64,000 nt of DNA from the IMG/VR virus record IMGVR_UViG_3300035428_000399, positions 25,124-89,123 of that record. The stretch is one strand, 5' to 3'. The number at the start of each line of letters is the position of its first letter. Positions within the stretch are counted from its first letter, which is position 1. The notes under the pieces are model-generated. The model worked only from the letters and a program-made list of their open reading frames with translations. It was not told the origin of the DNA and did not search any database. Both the position numbers and the translations under genes were made by a program. Of the stretch, positions 39,701 to 49,121 are shown piece after piece. The stretch comes from a virus. Its lineage: Duplodnaviria > Caudoviricetes.

Positions 39701-42700
39701 TTGTTCGGCTTTGATTTTGCCTCCCGTTCCAACGCTGAGACAGACCACACAATATCCAACAATGGATATACGATGCAGGTCAACGGCTCCAACTGGTCAT
39801 CCAACGGATTTGTCAAGTATCTCGACGAAATGAGCCTCCGCATCGCCGAAAACGTCACAGCCAAGATTCCTTACGCACCATTTGGCACCGCCGCCACGGA
39901 GCGTACCAATGGTATGGCTTTCCAGTTTGCCTTCGCCACCAACAACATCAAGGACGACGAAGCCAAGCTCATGGAGTGCTATGACCCGGATTCTGGTGCC
40001 GGCTTCTACATCTGCGGTAACAAGGCCGTGCTGTTCTGCAAGAATGGTACGCCCTCCGTCATTACACGATCATTCAAGTGTAACGAGAAGCATACCGTAG
40101 CCATTGTTGTAGAACCGTCCACTATAACGGTAAAACGTGGCTCGACCGATTACTCCACAATCAAGCTGTATTTCGATGGCGAGGAAGCGGGATCTATCGG
40201 TTATATTGCCAACTCCGGCGCAATCCTCAATCAGAAGCAGATTGACTTCGATGGCACCGACGGCGACTTCTATCTCTACTACACTCTCGCATACGACAGC
40301 TACTATGAGTGGGCGCAGGCTTTCCAGAACTATCTCTGCAAACTTACCAATACGGACGAAATGATTAAAGAGTTCACCGATGAGGATGTGCTCGACAATC
40401 AGAACCGACCCTCGATGGATAAGTTCAAGGAGAAAGGAATCCCATACTATGTAGTAGTCGCTCCGCAGGCTACTTTCGACACATTCGACGGAGACATCAA
40501 CACATCGACCAAGTTTGAGTGTACGCTGTTCTACTTCGATCCTGCAAGACCTTGGAGGTCGTTCAAAGCTGAACACGTTCAGTGGCGCCGCCAAGGTACT
40601 ACATCTGCCAAGCGACCCATTAAGAACGACCGATTCTATCTGCGCAAGAATAAAGGGTGGAAAATCACTCCCCTCAATCCTGACTACACTAATGAAGACG
40701 CGCTCAAGACATACGAGCTGTTTGAAATCGGCTACATTCGTGTCGGTTTGAACACCATACCCGTCGCCATTATCACGGTCAAAGTGGACTACTCCGACTC
40801 CTCTATGGCGAACGACTGCGGTGTTTGTGATATGATGAATGCAACATTCCGAGCTCTCGGCTCCGACTACATTACTCCGGCCCAGCGAGCCTTTGATGGC
40901 ACATGGTCTAAGAGTGACGTAACCGTAACCGGGCTGCAGATGAATCATTCGACCGCAAATCATCCTATCGCTGCTTTCCGAGCTACTAACGACTCTCTCA
41001 GTGATGCGTGGTTCCATGCCCGTGGCAACTGGAAGGAGGATAAGGGCGAGCAGGTGGCACTTGGTTTCAAGGATACTCCCGGCTATAACCTTGGCTGCAA
41101 GAACTACGGCGACTTTGTGGAGTTTTTCGGCAAAGCATCATTCAATGCCGCCGGCAAATTCGTAAGTCAGGAATCACTGACAGAAATCATGGCTCGCTTC
41201 AAGGCCACCGAGGGACTTGATACGAGCAAGCTGTATCTACTGTCGCAGTATTGCGGCCGCGACTATGTTTTCATGCGTTACAGTGGCGGCGAGTGGGCCA
41301 GATCCAATGGCTCCATGAAGCAAATAAATGGAAAGTGGGTTATCCAAGGCGATGTTCTCAACCCCGTCAGCGGCTTCGAGCTGATTACCTACGACGCAAT
41401 GGACTGGTTCATGGGCGTAGGCTCTATCGATGACATGATGGCGCCGGTTGCGACACAATCCTCGTGGGTATCCAAACTGAATCTCGGCCAGCCGACTTAT
41501 CCCGCGTGGACACAGTATTTCGAGTGCATGGTTGACGACGACCAGCTTCAGGAAGACCTCGCGATGGGTCGCAAAGTCCCCTATGAGCTGTTCAATGTGC
41601 TCAAATTCTGCGATTCCTGCGACTATTCCAAGGCCGCGCTTGCAAATACATGGAAACAGTTGTGGCGTGAAAATGCGTGGAAATACATGAGCGTCCAATC
41701 GCTCATCGCATACTATACGTTCACAGATTACCTTGCCGCAGTGGACCAGCAGGCGAAGAATATGCAGCCTATGTTCTTCCTTGAGGACGGCTGCTGGGTT
41801 GAGAATGGTGTTTATCATACACCTTCCGCAATGGAGCCGGTCAGAATGTATTTCAATAAGGTTTACGACTGCGACACCTGCAACGGTAAGGATAACGATG
41901 GCGGCAACACCATTCCTGCAGAACTCGATCCTGCTGAGGACGACAAGTGCTACGCCGGTCGTGGCTCAATTCTCTGGAACAACCTACGTCGTTGCGACAA
42001 TCAGGAAATGGTGGCCGATGCAAACGGTAACACTCTCACGCTTCCCGGTGTCGTGGCAACGATGCGTAACCTTCCCGAAATCGACGGTATCGGTGCCGGT
42101 CCATTCTCGCCCAAGGGCGCACTCTATTACTTCGTTCAGAAGCGCATTTTGTTCTGGCCGAAGGTTGTCTGCACTTACGACTGCGAAAGCAAGTATATCC
42201 GCTACTCCGAGAAGTATACGGACATCTACTACTATGCCCTGCACGGTTCCGGCCGTCAGGCTCTGCCACGCTTCATTGAGCAACGCTGGCGCATTCGAGA
42301 CGGATACTATCAGACCGGCGACTTCAAGGACGCCAGTCATGTCCTCGGCGGCCGTATCGGCGCCAAGACGGGAGCCGTTATCAAATTCCGTGCCGGCAAA
42401 TCCGGCTACTACGGCATCGGTAACGATGGCGGTAATGTGACGCAGGGGATGTACCTCAAGGCCGGCGAGTATGGTACGTTTACCAATTTCCAGCACGGCG
42501 ACAATATCCTGCTTTACATCTACCAAGCCGACCAGATGAGTGAGATTGACCTCTCGCAAATCTCACTCGACCCGAACTTCCAGTTCTCGATGATGAAGCT
42601 CGCTGAGAAGATTGTAATTGGCTCCACAAACCACCGCCAGTCTTGGCGTCTGTCTCCCGGCAACACGGGCTTCCTTACCAACATGAATCTCGGCGACCTG

Positions 42701-44929
42701 CCGTTCCTGACTCACCTCGACGTGCGCACAACAGAGGTAACAAGCATCAATGCCTCCCGCTGTCCGCGAATGAAGACAGTGCTTGCATCGGGTTCTGACC
42801 TCACTGGTATATCTCTGGCAGAAACATCGCCTATCGATACTCTTGAATTGCCGGCATCCATGACGGAGCTGAATTTCGTCAACCTCCCGTATCTTACCTA
42901 TCCCGGAGGTTTGACAATCGCCGGTATGTCAAGCGTGAACCGTCTCATGCTCGCCGGATGTCCCAACATAGACCCATATAATCTTATCAATGGTATTGTC
43001 GGGTCGTCCAATCTTCGTTATCTCCGTTTGCCGGACGTAAACATCACGGCTCCTTCATCAATCCTCAAGTCACTTCGCACAAGCGGCGCCATCGGTCTCG
43101 ACCCGACGGGTAGTGCTTACGAGGAAAGCAACCAGTGCTCTGGCGTTACGGGTCGTTGGATAATGGAGGACCTTATCGACGATAACGAACTTGACAAGGC
43201 GCGTCCCGGAAGCCTCGCCGCGTACTTCCCGCAGTTGACCCTCTACAACTCGCAGTATTCATGCGTCCGTTTCGATGATACTGACGATGATTGCCAGAAC
43301 ATCACGAATCTCGACAACGGTACGAGCAAGGAAGAGTACGAGCCGAGCGGCCACTTCGTCAAGATATTCGATGCGGCTCACCCGTACCGATGCACCTACG
43401 ATTCCCGCGAGTCCAAGCTGCTCGCCCGTCAGATTATGGATACCAACTACAATCTGATGGCCGACGGCACCGAGTATGATCCGACGGACCAAGCAGGTGA
43501 AGGTTTCGATGTGATGCTCGGTTTCGGCCGATATTGGTATAAGGGAGTCAATGACTTCAAGAACCAGAAGAAGTATCTTTTTGCTTGTAGCTTTGCCTCT
43601 CAGCCACTCTCTACGGCAATGAAAACCAATCGCGAGAAACTGGCTGATATTCTCGTCAAGGCGTATTCATGCGTCTACACGACCAATAACGGTACAGCTC
43701 TCTCGAAGGGTGACGACTACGAGATAGTCGACAACGCCAATATGAATGTCTATGAACTCGATGTCGAGGGCATGAAGCAGGTCCGCTGGCCCGGACTCAA
43801 CAATGCACAGATCGGCGCTGTGTTCGTAGACGAGAATGACAAGATTGTAGGTACGTTCAATATGGCTGTAAGTCATTCATTGTTCGATTTCACCTACGGC
43901 GATTATGTGTTCTGCGATGTACCGAGTGGTGCCAAGAAAATAATATTTACGTCCCCGACGGGTTTCGATGATCTCGAAGCCATTGCGGTTGACAGTGCCG
44001 CTATCGAGGCTATCGAACCAGATTGGGTATGGGTACCCATGCGCTTCGTCGGCATCTACGGCATGAGTGTCGACGCTCTTATGCGCCCTCGCTCAATCAG
44101 TGGCGTAAGGACTCGCACAGGTACCGGTACGTCGGTAACGAATGCCGATTGGAAGTACGATAACGAGGGTAACATTACGAATACCTCCGTTCCTACCTCC
44201 ACGATGAACTACACCTATGCCGATATACTCAATCTGATTGAAATGCGCGGCAAGGGATTCCACGGCATCAGTTATGAAATAAGCAAGGACATCGCCAATC
44301 TCGTGATGGCGTTGACTGGCACTCGCGACATTCAGGCTTACGCCGGATATGGATGTGGCTCGCAGTATACTACGGGACAGAACAATTTCAATACCTATGG
44401 CAAGGTAACGAGAAAGTATTCCGGCGGCAATATCGGCAACATCATCTTCGGTATTCAGAACTTCGTGGGCTGTAACTGGGAAATCATGGACCTCATCGCC
44501 GCCAACGTGCCGTCTTTTGCCCAGTTCAAGAAAGATAAGCGTATCGCTACAAGCTCGTACCCGATTGATGCGAAATACCATGTAGTCCGCAACTATCAGA
44601 CAAAAGAAGAAAGCGTAATCCAGGGACTCAACACATCTGGTTACTGTATCGGCCGTGTTAAATTCGGTAGATACTGCGATGTAATCGCCTCGCGTGTAAC
44701 CACCGACAACAGCAAGTGGAATAAAAACTACTCTGACTGTATGTGGTACACCCATGACAGAGGCCGGTGCGTCGGTCGGTCGAGCAACGTTGCGGTCGCG
44801 TATGGCGGTCTCGTCTTCTCGAACGCGAATGACGCTTCTTCGTTCTCGGGCGCGTATGTCAGCTCTCGGCTCGCCTTCAGCGGAAATTACGAAATAGTTG
44901 AAACAGCGGAATGCGTGGAGGTAGCATAA
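36764..44929 (+). CDS. Giant tail fibre/adhesin (2721 aa), DGR target 1
   Basis: Beta-rich domains, CotH-kinase-like segment, LRR-like repeats and a C-terminal C-type-lectin-like domain containing VR1. Confidence 0.85.
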   Translation: MGLNNKTNLKSQADLIRYEDGEGKNTAERVGKVIAEIITNADLSLTTETTERVATDNALQQSVTIASNTATTAYNEAKDAKTKVSAAQSTANDAKTTANAAKAVTDTKGRPGGLATLDSDGKVPANQLPGYVDDVVEFNATVSGVTSQMASSAHKSTDAGCMVVYDTDHDTFILAVSKIAISDATEWSAVKRPIKGSNIATSDLEVGEAQKLNVTDYWQINDGSAILRPSQFTYYNNWLDGDSFGEGTLNGRVPKAGKIYTCTSNNKTFRWSGSELVTIGSDLALGRTASTAFPGDAGAQLEETVSNYGNLIIQNESHINSIGILPCDGQWDGKGTAPTSGVWLIPSEAYENAVCFESYGNTDFYGYAPEVYNSDEQYNPGYIYRIGDGLFRIVNNKLESTSGSAVGNTYNATVEIPLPAGEYYSDIMAETQTHNVLTAVFNEGKASLGLTITFAIGPSSWKTYQYVGPNTTSPQFLNVNNWIDMAGMSAGAEAIINVDALCPRKVAGYYDKGSAIDAILELQNASGIKYAKSGLVITFRTGEYAWEAYQFTGEVSDFSNKDLWKQFGGGGTVKTSATPEKDGKDAFSTGGAYDMQQNAFDHLDVDQDAENHIIKAINKLGNEMGQSISIPKSNGGGSVSGSSLNIYLENPAVYAAFGSEISVRAAIKSVTFDGQGSNVTEVLGVIRRLEIIDATSGLTLWSEAINQNSSTSPTNYSFKYDFTPYFSEASARDFTIVAYDAEGNVKRRTITVTAVDVTCTSVQTLNYTTGSVLEVGGSTKNLLMYKFANNVSKLGVKVTTEMFFNGEWKKLGESVITDSYSHSISIDPCNVFGGNEKLAHGSYAIRISGEDVASGVKGNVIYSSIMCVDSKSTQPIVSIRYNDINNGTIRLYDNLEVEVAAYTPGKTSTAASVYIDGIEVISTDIGTSQTEIVRKQIQGYDTDGSDTISIYAKSGDSQTNPITVTVVGSAISAIIKEGALFGFDFASRSNAETDHTISNNGYTMQVNGSNWSSNGFVKYLDEMSLRIAENVTAKIPYAPFGTAATERTNGMAFQFAFATNNIKDDEAKLMECYDPDSGAGFYICGNKAVLFCKNGTPSVITRSFKCNEKHTVAIVVEPSTITVKRGSTDYSTIKLYFDGEEAGSIGYIANSGAILNQKQIDFDGTDGDFYLYYTLAYDSYYEWAQAFQNYLCKLTNTDEMIKEFTDEDVLDNQNRPSMDKFKEKGIPYYVVVAPQATFDTFDGDINTSTKFECTLFYFDPARPWRSFKAEHVQWRRQGTTSAKRPIKNDRFYLRKNKGWKITPLNPDYTNEDALKTYELFEIGYIRVGLNTIPVAIITVKVDYSDSSMANDCGVCDMMNATFRALGSDYITPAQRAFDGTWSKSDVTVTGLQMNHSTANHPIAAFRATNDSLSDAWFHARGNWKEDKGEQVALGFKDTPGYNLGCKNYGDFVEFFGKASFNAAGKFVSQESLTEIMARFKATEGLDTSKLYLLSQYCGRDYVFMRYSGGEWARSNGSMKQINGKWVIQGDVLNPVSGFELITYDAMDWFMGVGSIDDMMAPVATQSSWVSKLNLGQPTYPAWTQYFECMVDDDQLQEDLAMGRKVPYELFNVLKFCDSCDYSKAALANTWKQLWRENAWKYMSVQSLIAYYTFTDYLAAVDQQAKNMQPMFFLEDGCWVENGVYHTPSAMEPVRMYFNKVYDCDTCNGKDNDGGNTIPAELDPAEDDKCYAGRGSILWNNLRRCDNQEMVADANGNTLTLPGVVATMRNLPEIDGIGAGPFSPKGALYYFVQKRILFWPKVVCTYDCESKYIRYSEKYTDIYYYALHGSGRQALPRFIEQRWRIRDGYYQTGDFKDASHVLGGRIGAKTGAVIKFRAGKSGYYGIGNDGGNVTQGMYLKAGEYGTFTNFQHGDNILLYIYQADQMSEIDLSQISLDPNFQFSMMKLAEKIVIGSTNHRQSWRLSPGNTGFLTNMNLGDLPFLTHLDVRTTEVTSINASRCPRMKTVLASGSDLTGISLAETSPIDTLELPASMTELNFVNLPYLTYPGGLTIAGMSSVNRLMLAGCPNIDPYNLINGIVGSSNLRYLRLPDVNITAPSSILKSLRTSGAIGLDPTGSAYEESNQCSGVTGRWIMEDLIDDNELDKARPGSLAAYFPQLTLYNSQYSCVRFDDTDDDCQNITNLDNGTSKEEYEPSGHFVKIFDAAHPYRCTYDSRESKLLARQIMDTNYNLMADGTEYDPTDQAGEGFDVMLGFGRYWYKGVNDFKNQKKYLFACSFASQPLSTAMKTNREKLADILVKAYSCVYTTNNGTALSKGDDYEIVDNANMNVYELDVEGMKQVRWPGLNNAQIGAVFVDENDKIVGTFNMAVSHSLFDFTYGDYVFCDVPSGAKKIIFTSPTGFDDLEAIAVDSAAIEAIEPDWVWVPMRFVGIYGMSVDALMRPRSISGVRTRTGTGTSVTNADWKYDNEGNITNTSVPTSTMNYTYADILNLIEMRGKGFHGISYEISKDIANLVMALTGTRDIQAYAGYGCGSQYTTGQNNFNTYGKVTRKYSGGNIGNIIFGIQNFVGCNWEIMDLIAANVPSFAQFKKDKRIATSSYPIDAKYHVVRNYQTKEESVIQGLNTSGYCIGRVKFGRYCDVIASRVTTDNSKWNKNYSDCMWYTHDRGRCVGRSSNVAVAYGGLVFSNANDASSFSGAYVSSRLAFSGNYEIVETAECVEVA
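44762..44878 (+). repeat. DGR variable repeat VR1
   Basis: 117-nt ungapped match to TR with 20 mismatches, all at TR adenines. Confidence 0.97.
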
Positions 44930-44940
44930 CGAAAAGCGTC

Positions 44941-44976
44941 GCTTCGGTTTCGGGCAACAAAGCCCGGAGCCGAAGC
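44941..44976 (+). other. GC-rich hairpin downstream of VR1 (candidate DGR target-recognition element)
   Basis: GCTTCGGTTTCGGGC-AACAAA-GCCCGGAGCCGAAGC: 15-bp stem with 2 G-T pairs, no T tract. Confidence 0.6.
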
Positions 44977-45054
44977 CCGTTCCATATTGTCAAACCCTTA
45001 AAATCAAGAGATAACAAGGAAAAAGAAACTTTCAAAAAAGGTAGAACCTTCCAT

Positions 45055-45171
45055 AGCCGGTGCGTCGGTCGGTCGAACAACAATGCGAACGCGAATGGCG
45101 GTCTCGTCTACTCGAACGCGAATAACGCTTCTTCGAACTCGAACACGAATAACAGCTCTCGGCTCACATTA
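45055..45171 (+). repeat. DGR template repeat TR
   Basis: 12 AAC/AAT codons in the target reading frame; lies between VR1 and the RT gene; followed by a stem (45183-45263) and a GAAA-loop hairpin (45274-45287). Confidence 0.97.
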
Positions 45172-45326
45172 AGGAATAAAACGGTGCTCCCTCACCGTCA
45201 ACATAATCGCAAGACCCTGGACGATGTCGCGTACATCAATCTATTCTGCGAGGAAGGTGCACCTCGGCAACAGCAGACGAAAGTCTGGAAAGCGGAAAAA
45301 TCTCGGAAGTCCTGAAGGCTTTAATT

Positions 45327-46826
45327 ATGGAAAAGATTTTTGACATACCATTTATGGATGTGGACCTCCCGGCAAAAACTCCGGAGCGCGACACTGTGTC
45401 GTTTCCGTTGTATAATCTATTGCCGGAGATCATCGATGACAAGAATCTTGAAGAAAGTTTCGACGACCTTGTAGGCAATCTCGAAAATAAATATCAACGT
45501 GAATACCACAAAAGCAAAAAGGCTGATACCCTAAAAAATCTCAAGAAGGAACTATCGGACGGTACGTTCTTTCTTGCCCGTGAAGAACTGCGGGAGTTGT
45601 ATGTCAGGGATGGATACAAGCCCCGAATAGTCCATGCGCCTCCGGTTTATAAGAGAATCGGAGTACAAGCAGTCATGAGGGTTGTCGAGAAATATATTTA
45701 CCCGACACTCATTACGAATACAGCCGCGAGCATCAAGGGCCGTGGTATGCACTGGCTGCACCATATTGTAGAGGAGGACATAAAGGCAGACCCGACCAAC
45801 ATGCAAAATTACGGGCAGAGCGATGTTTTCCACTATTACGACAGCATCGTTCAGGAAATGATGAAGGCTATTGTCAGGGAGTATATTGGCGACCCCGTAG
45901 CCCTGAAATACCTGGATAATTTCATTGAACTGATGCCTGAAGGTCTTTCCAAAGGGCTGCGTTCCTCTCAAGGTCTTGCCAATCTTTATTTGTCTGCGGT
46001 TGATAAAATCATGTGTCAGAATGTGAGCTATCACACCGTTGAGATAGATAATAAAGATGAGGTTATGGCCCAGGGGCGCGGCAGGGTCTATACTGATAAG
46101 GGAGACGAGATTCATTATCATTATTACCGTTATTGTGACGACATAGTATTCTTCGCCTCCACAAAAACCGAATGCTGGAAATTGTATGACCTATTGAAAT
46201 CTGAGCTTGAAAAACTTGGATTGAAGATAAAAGACAATTTCGCAATAAGACCTATATCTGAAGGACTTGACTTTCTTGGCTTCAAGACATTTGGTAAATG
46301 GGAAACCGTCAAAGGGCAGCAGCATTGGGAAGTCTATTCGCGCCTCCGAAAGAGAATCAAAGTTAAAGCGGCGAGAGCATTACATAGGGTTAAATCCCGC
46401 AAGCGTCGCCAACAGATAATAGGCTCATTCAAAGGTATGGCCTGCCATGCCGATTGCAAACATCTATATTTCAAATTAACTGGACAACATATGGCAAAAT
46501 TCAGCGAATTGGGGTTGAAATATACTCCGGCAGATGGTAAAAAACGATTCAGCTGCCAGCATATGTCGCTTGGCTCGATAACAAACAGACCAATTGAGCT
46601 TCTGGACTACGAGAAAGACATCAAGACACGTTGGGGAGAATCCCGATATGTCGTGCTGTTCCACTTTGTAGGTGATGTGACAGAATACAAATTCTTCACG
46701 GACAGCGAAGAAATGAAGTCTTTGCTCGACCAGATGAAAGATCGGGGACTTCTCCCCGGCATGGTAGAGACAACAATCGTGCAGAAGCAGGGCACCGGCG
46801 CTCTACGAATTTATTCATTCTCATAA
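45327..46826 (+). CDS. DGR reverse transcriptase with C-terminal extension
   Basis: ASIKGRG, GLSKGLRSSQ.LANLYL, YYRYCDD (46131-46142) and GLDFLG motifs. Confidence 0.95.
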   Translation: MEKIFDIPFMDVDLPAKTPERDTVSFPLYNLLPEIIDDKNLEESFDDLVGNLENKYQREYHKSKKADTLKNLKKELSDGTFFLAREELRELYVRDGYKPRIVHAPPVYKRIGVQAVMRVVEKYIYPTLITNTAASIKGRGMHWLHHIVEEDIKADPTNMQNYGQSDVFHYYDSIVQEMMKAIVREYIGDPVALKYLDNFIELMPEGLSKGLRSSQGLANLYLSAVDKIMCQNVSYHTVEIDNKDEVMAQGRGRVYTDKGDEIHYHYYRYCDDIVFFASTKTECWKLYDLLKSELEKLGLKIKDNFAIRPISEGLDFLGFKTFGKWETVKGQQHWEVYSRLRKRIKVKAARALHRVKSRKRRQQIIGSFKGMACHADCKHLYFKLTGQHMAKFSELGLKYTPADGKKRFSCQHMSLGSITNRPIELLDYEKDIKTRWGESRYVVLFHFVGDVTEYKFFTDSEEMKSLLDQMKDRGLLPGMVETTIVQKQGTGALRIYSFS

Positions 46827-46836
46827 TATTCCGAAC

Positions 46837-47334
46837 ATGGAAAAAAGATACGGCGCGCCAGGCCCGCAGAATGGTCTGGAGAAGATCGGAACAAAGAAGT
46901 GGGCTGTTTTCTACGGCTTCGGCAAAGATACCGAGGACGCAGAGACCGGCTATAACTGGTATCAGACATACGACCACCGACCGAGCCTCGACGAAATCAA
47001 GGCCGACATCGTGGCTGTAATCAAGGCCGAGAGCGACCTTAAACTTCGCTATGGCTATAAATGGAACGGCATGACCGTGGAATACTCTGAAGCTCTGAAA
47101 ACCGACCTCACGGGTATGCTCGTCGCCATTCAGGGAGGCATGATGCAGTTCCCGGTTGAAGTCAACCTCGGAAGCCAGTCGGACGGCACCCCGCAGGTCT
47201 ATCCATTCTCCAGCCTTGAAGAACTCGGAGCTGTCGCCGCCGGCATCGCTGCGCATCGTGCGCAAGTCAGCAAAGAGGAATGGGCGGCAATCCAGGCCCT
47301 CGGCGACATGGAAGAATACTCAGAAGTTCAGTAA
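46837..47334 (+). CDS. Hypothetical protein (possible tail fibre accessory)
   Basis: 165-aa ORF directly after RT; function inferred from position. Confidence 0.55.
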   Translation: MEKRYGAPGPQNGLEKIGTKKWAVFYGFGKDTEDAETGYNWYQTYDHRPSLDEIKADIVAVIKAESDLKLRYGYKWNGMTVEYSEALKTDLTGMLVAIQGGMMQFPVEVNLGSQSDGTPQVYPFSSLEELGAVAAGIAAHRAQVSKEEWAAIQALGDMEEYSEVQ

Positions 47335-47353
47335 CCTCTAAATACATTTCATC

Positions 47354-47674
47354 ATGAAAAAGAAAATATGCAATGACAAGACTGGGGACGACAAGAAGTT
47401 CCATGTCTTCTGTGAATTCATCATCGCGACCATTGTTGGTTCGCTCATGTCTCTTATCCACTTCCCATCAGCGTGGATAGCGGCCGGCATTGCCTATACT
47501 GTGGCACTTGCCTTCGGCATCTGGAAGGAAGTCAGGGATTCCAAACAAAAAGGAAATCATTTCTGTGTATGGGATCTCGCATGGGACCAGATAGGTTGTC
47601 TTGGTGGCGCGGTATTGGCTTTCTTTGCCAACTACTACACGTGGTATGACTTAACCGACAAACTATTCCAGTAA
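47354..47674 (+). CDS. Membrane protein (DK..H / KE..D / DL..D type)
   Basis: Hydrophobic helices with DKKFH, WKEVRD and WDLAWD motifs. Confidence 0.6.
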   Translation: MKKKICNDKTGDDKKFHVFCEFIIATIVGSLMSLIHFPSAWIAAGIAYTVALAFGIWKEVRDSKQKGNHFCVWDLAWDQIGCLGGAVLAFFANYYTWYDLTDKLFQ

Positions 47675-47713
47675 TCATCATGGCGGCTACTAGCTGCCCT
47701 AATTCCAATAACT

Positions 47714-48205
47714 ATGACTGAAACAATACTCGCAATCATTTCATTCGCAATCATCGCCATATACCTGATTGCATACGTTATCACAAGAGGATTACCATCC
47801 TCTATCAGTGTGACATACTACCATACCGAGTCGAAACTCCTTTTCCCAGTAGTGGTTGCGCTCTGCGCAGCTCTGGCATGGGTGCCACTCATACGGGTTA
47901 CGCCAGAAAACATCCAGTTTCTCGCATTCCTGATATGCGGCTCAATAGTTTTCGTAGCGGCATCGCCGGCATTCAAGGAGGATCTTGTAGGAAAAGTCCA
48001 TACCGGAGCTGCCGTCACTCTCGGTTTGGCTGCTCTGGCTTGGATTATAGTTGCATCAGGGATGCCCTACGCCACGATATTAGGTGTCATCATCGGGGTC
48101 GTACTCCGGCGCAACTTCGTCTTTTGGCTTGAAGCCGGCATCCTTATCGACATCTATACGAATTTATTTGTACTACTTCATATTTGCAGTTCTGCAGGCG
48201 CGTGA
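47714..48205 (+). CDS. Multi-pass membrane protein
   Basis: Five to six hydrophobic segments; LPSSISVTYY motif. Confidence 0.65.
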   Translation: MTETILAIISFAIIAIYLIAYVITRGLPSSISVTYYHTESKLLFPVVVALCAALAWVPLIRVTPENIQFLAFLICGSIVFVAASPAFKEDLVGKVHTGAAVTLGLAALAWIIVASGMPYATILGVIIGVVLRRNFVFWLEAGILIDIYTNLFVLLHICSSAGA

Positions 48206-48268
48206 GCGTCGAAGGAGCGTTCAATGTTCGGGAGCGTCAGCAATGGCGCTCCTTTTAATTTGAAAATC

Positions 48269-48356
48269 TTGCAGTTATGATTAAATAATCCTCTCCAAAT
48301 TTGCGTATATGATTATTTGTTTGTAACTTTGCATATACCAATACGATAAACATCAA
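48269..48356 (+). promoter_or_regulatory. Repeated phage promoter module, copy e
   Basis: TTGCAGTTATGATTA (48269) and TTGCGTATATGATTA (48301); -7 TAACTTTG 48324-48331. Confidence 0.85.
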
Positions 48357-48361
48357 AGCTA

Positions 48362-48613
48362 ATGAGCGCGATATACATACTTGAAGGTTTACTGATCTAC
48401 CTCTACGGATTCGACCACAATCCGCCGCATATCCATGTGCGCAGAGGATCCGAACAATTCACAATCACAATCAAGGATAGGATTGTAGAGGGCAGAGCAA
48501 AGGCGAAGTCCATTGCTTTGGTAAATGAGTTTCTCGACTCGCACGAAACCGAAGTTATGGAACTCTGGGAGAAAGCCCAGCGCGGAGAACAAATTACAAA
48601 GATTAACCGTTAA
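48362..48613 (+). CDS. DUF4160-family putative toxin
   Basis: IYLYGFDHNPPHIHV motif; LWEKA C-terminus. Confidence 0.85.
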   Translation: MSAIYILEGLLIYLYGFDHNPPHIHVRRGSEQFTITIKDRIVEGRAKAKSIALVNEFLDSHETEVMELWEKAQRGEQITKINR

Positions 48614-48625
48614 TTCCCTACCAAT

Positions 48626-48865
48626 ATGTACATACAAGTTACAGACGTTGAATACGGAGGGAACTACACCCTCATCTGCACCTTCAGCGATGGTGCTGTG
48701 AAAAATGTAGACATGACCCCGGTGCTCGATGCCCCCGCGTTCAAGGCGCTAAAGGACATAGAGCAGTTCAAGCAGTTCGGCCTTGACGAAACTATCTTTT
48801 GGGCCAACGGAGCGGACATTGCTCCCGAATGGCTCTACGACAATGGCGTTGCCTGCCATCCTTGA
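48626..48865 (+). CDS. DUF2442-family putative antitoxin
   Basis: V.DVEY, L..TFSDG and TIFWANGADIAPEWLY motifs; adjacent to the DUF4160 gene. Confidence 0.85.
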   Translation: MYIQVTDVEYGGNYTLICTFSDGAVKNVDMTPVLDAPAFKALKDIEQFKQFGLDETIFWANGADIAPEWLYDNGVACHP

Positions 48866-49017
48866 CAGATAAAACGAGGAAATAACAAAAGCATAACATT
48901 ACGACCCTGCCACCTGCGGCGGGGTCTATTTTTTGCCCCCAACTTTAATCATATATGCAAAAAGTGGTGCAGAACTAATTTCAGTCCATGCTCTATATAA
49001 TCATATTGATAAATTTA

Positions 49018-49110
49018 TTGCAGATTTGATTAAAATAATCTCTCCAAAATTTGCGTATATGATTATATTTTCGTAATTTTGTATATGCAAATAAGATGTT
49101 TAATCAAAAA
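49018..49110 (+). promoter_or_regulatory. Repeated phage promoter module, copy f
   Basis: TTGCAGATTTGATTA (49018) and TTGCGTATATGATTA (49051); -7 TAATTTTG 49074-49081. Confidence 0.88.
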
Positions 49111-49121
49111 CCGAAAGAACG

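Noticed and set aside
40070-44755. Long minus-strand ORFs such as 40070..41017, 41237..41818 and 44093..44755
   Set aside because: Shadows of the 2721-aa gene; same for similar antisense ORFs over terL, the tape measure gene, ParB and metK.
44911-45315. 134-aa ORF spanning TR as an Avd accessory protein
   Set aside because: Its middle is simply the TR read in the target frame (Asn-rich) and the rest covers the hairpin and spacer. It does not resemble the helical Avd protein.
45327-46826. RT as a group II intron or retron enzyme
   Set aside because: No intron domain V/VI or endonuclease domain and no retron VTG motif seen; the adjacent TR/VR pairs identify a DGR.
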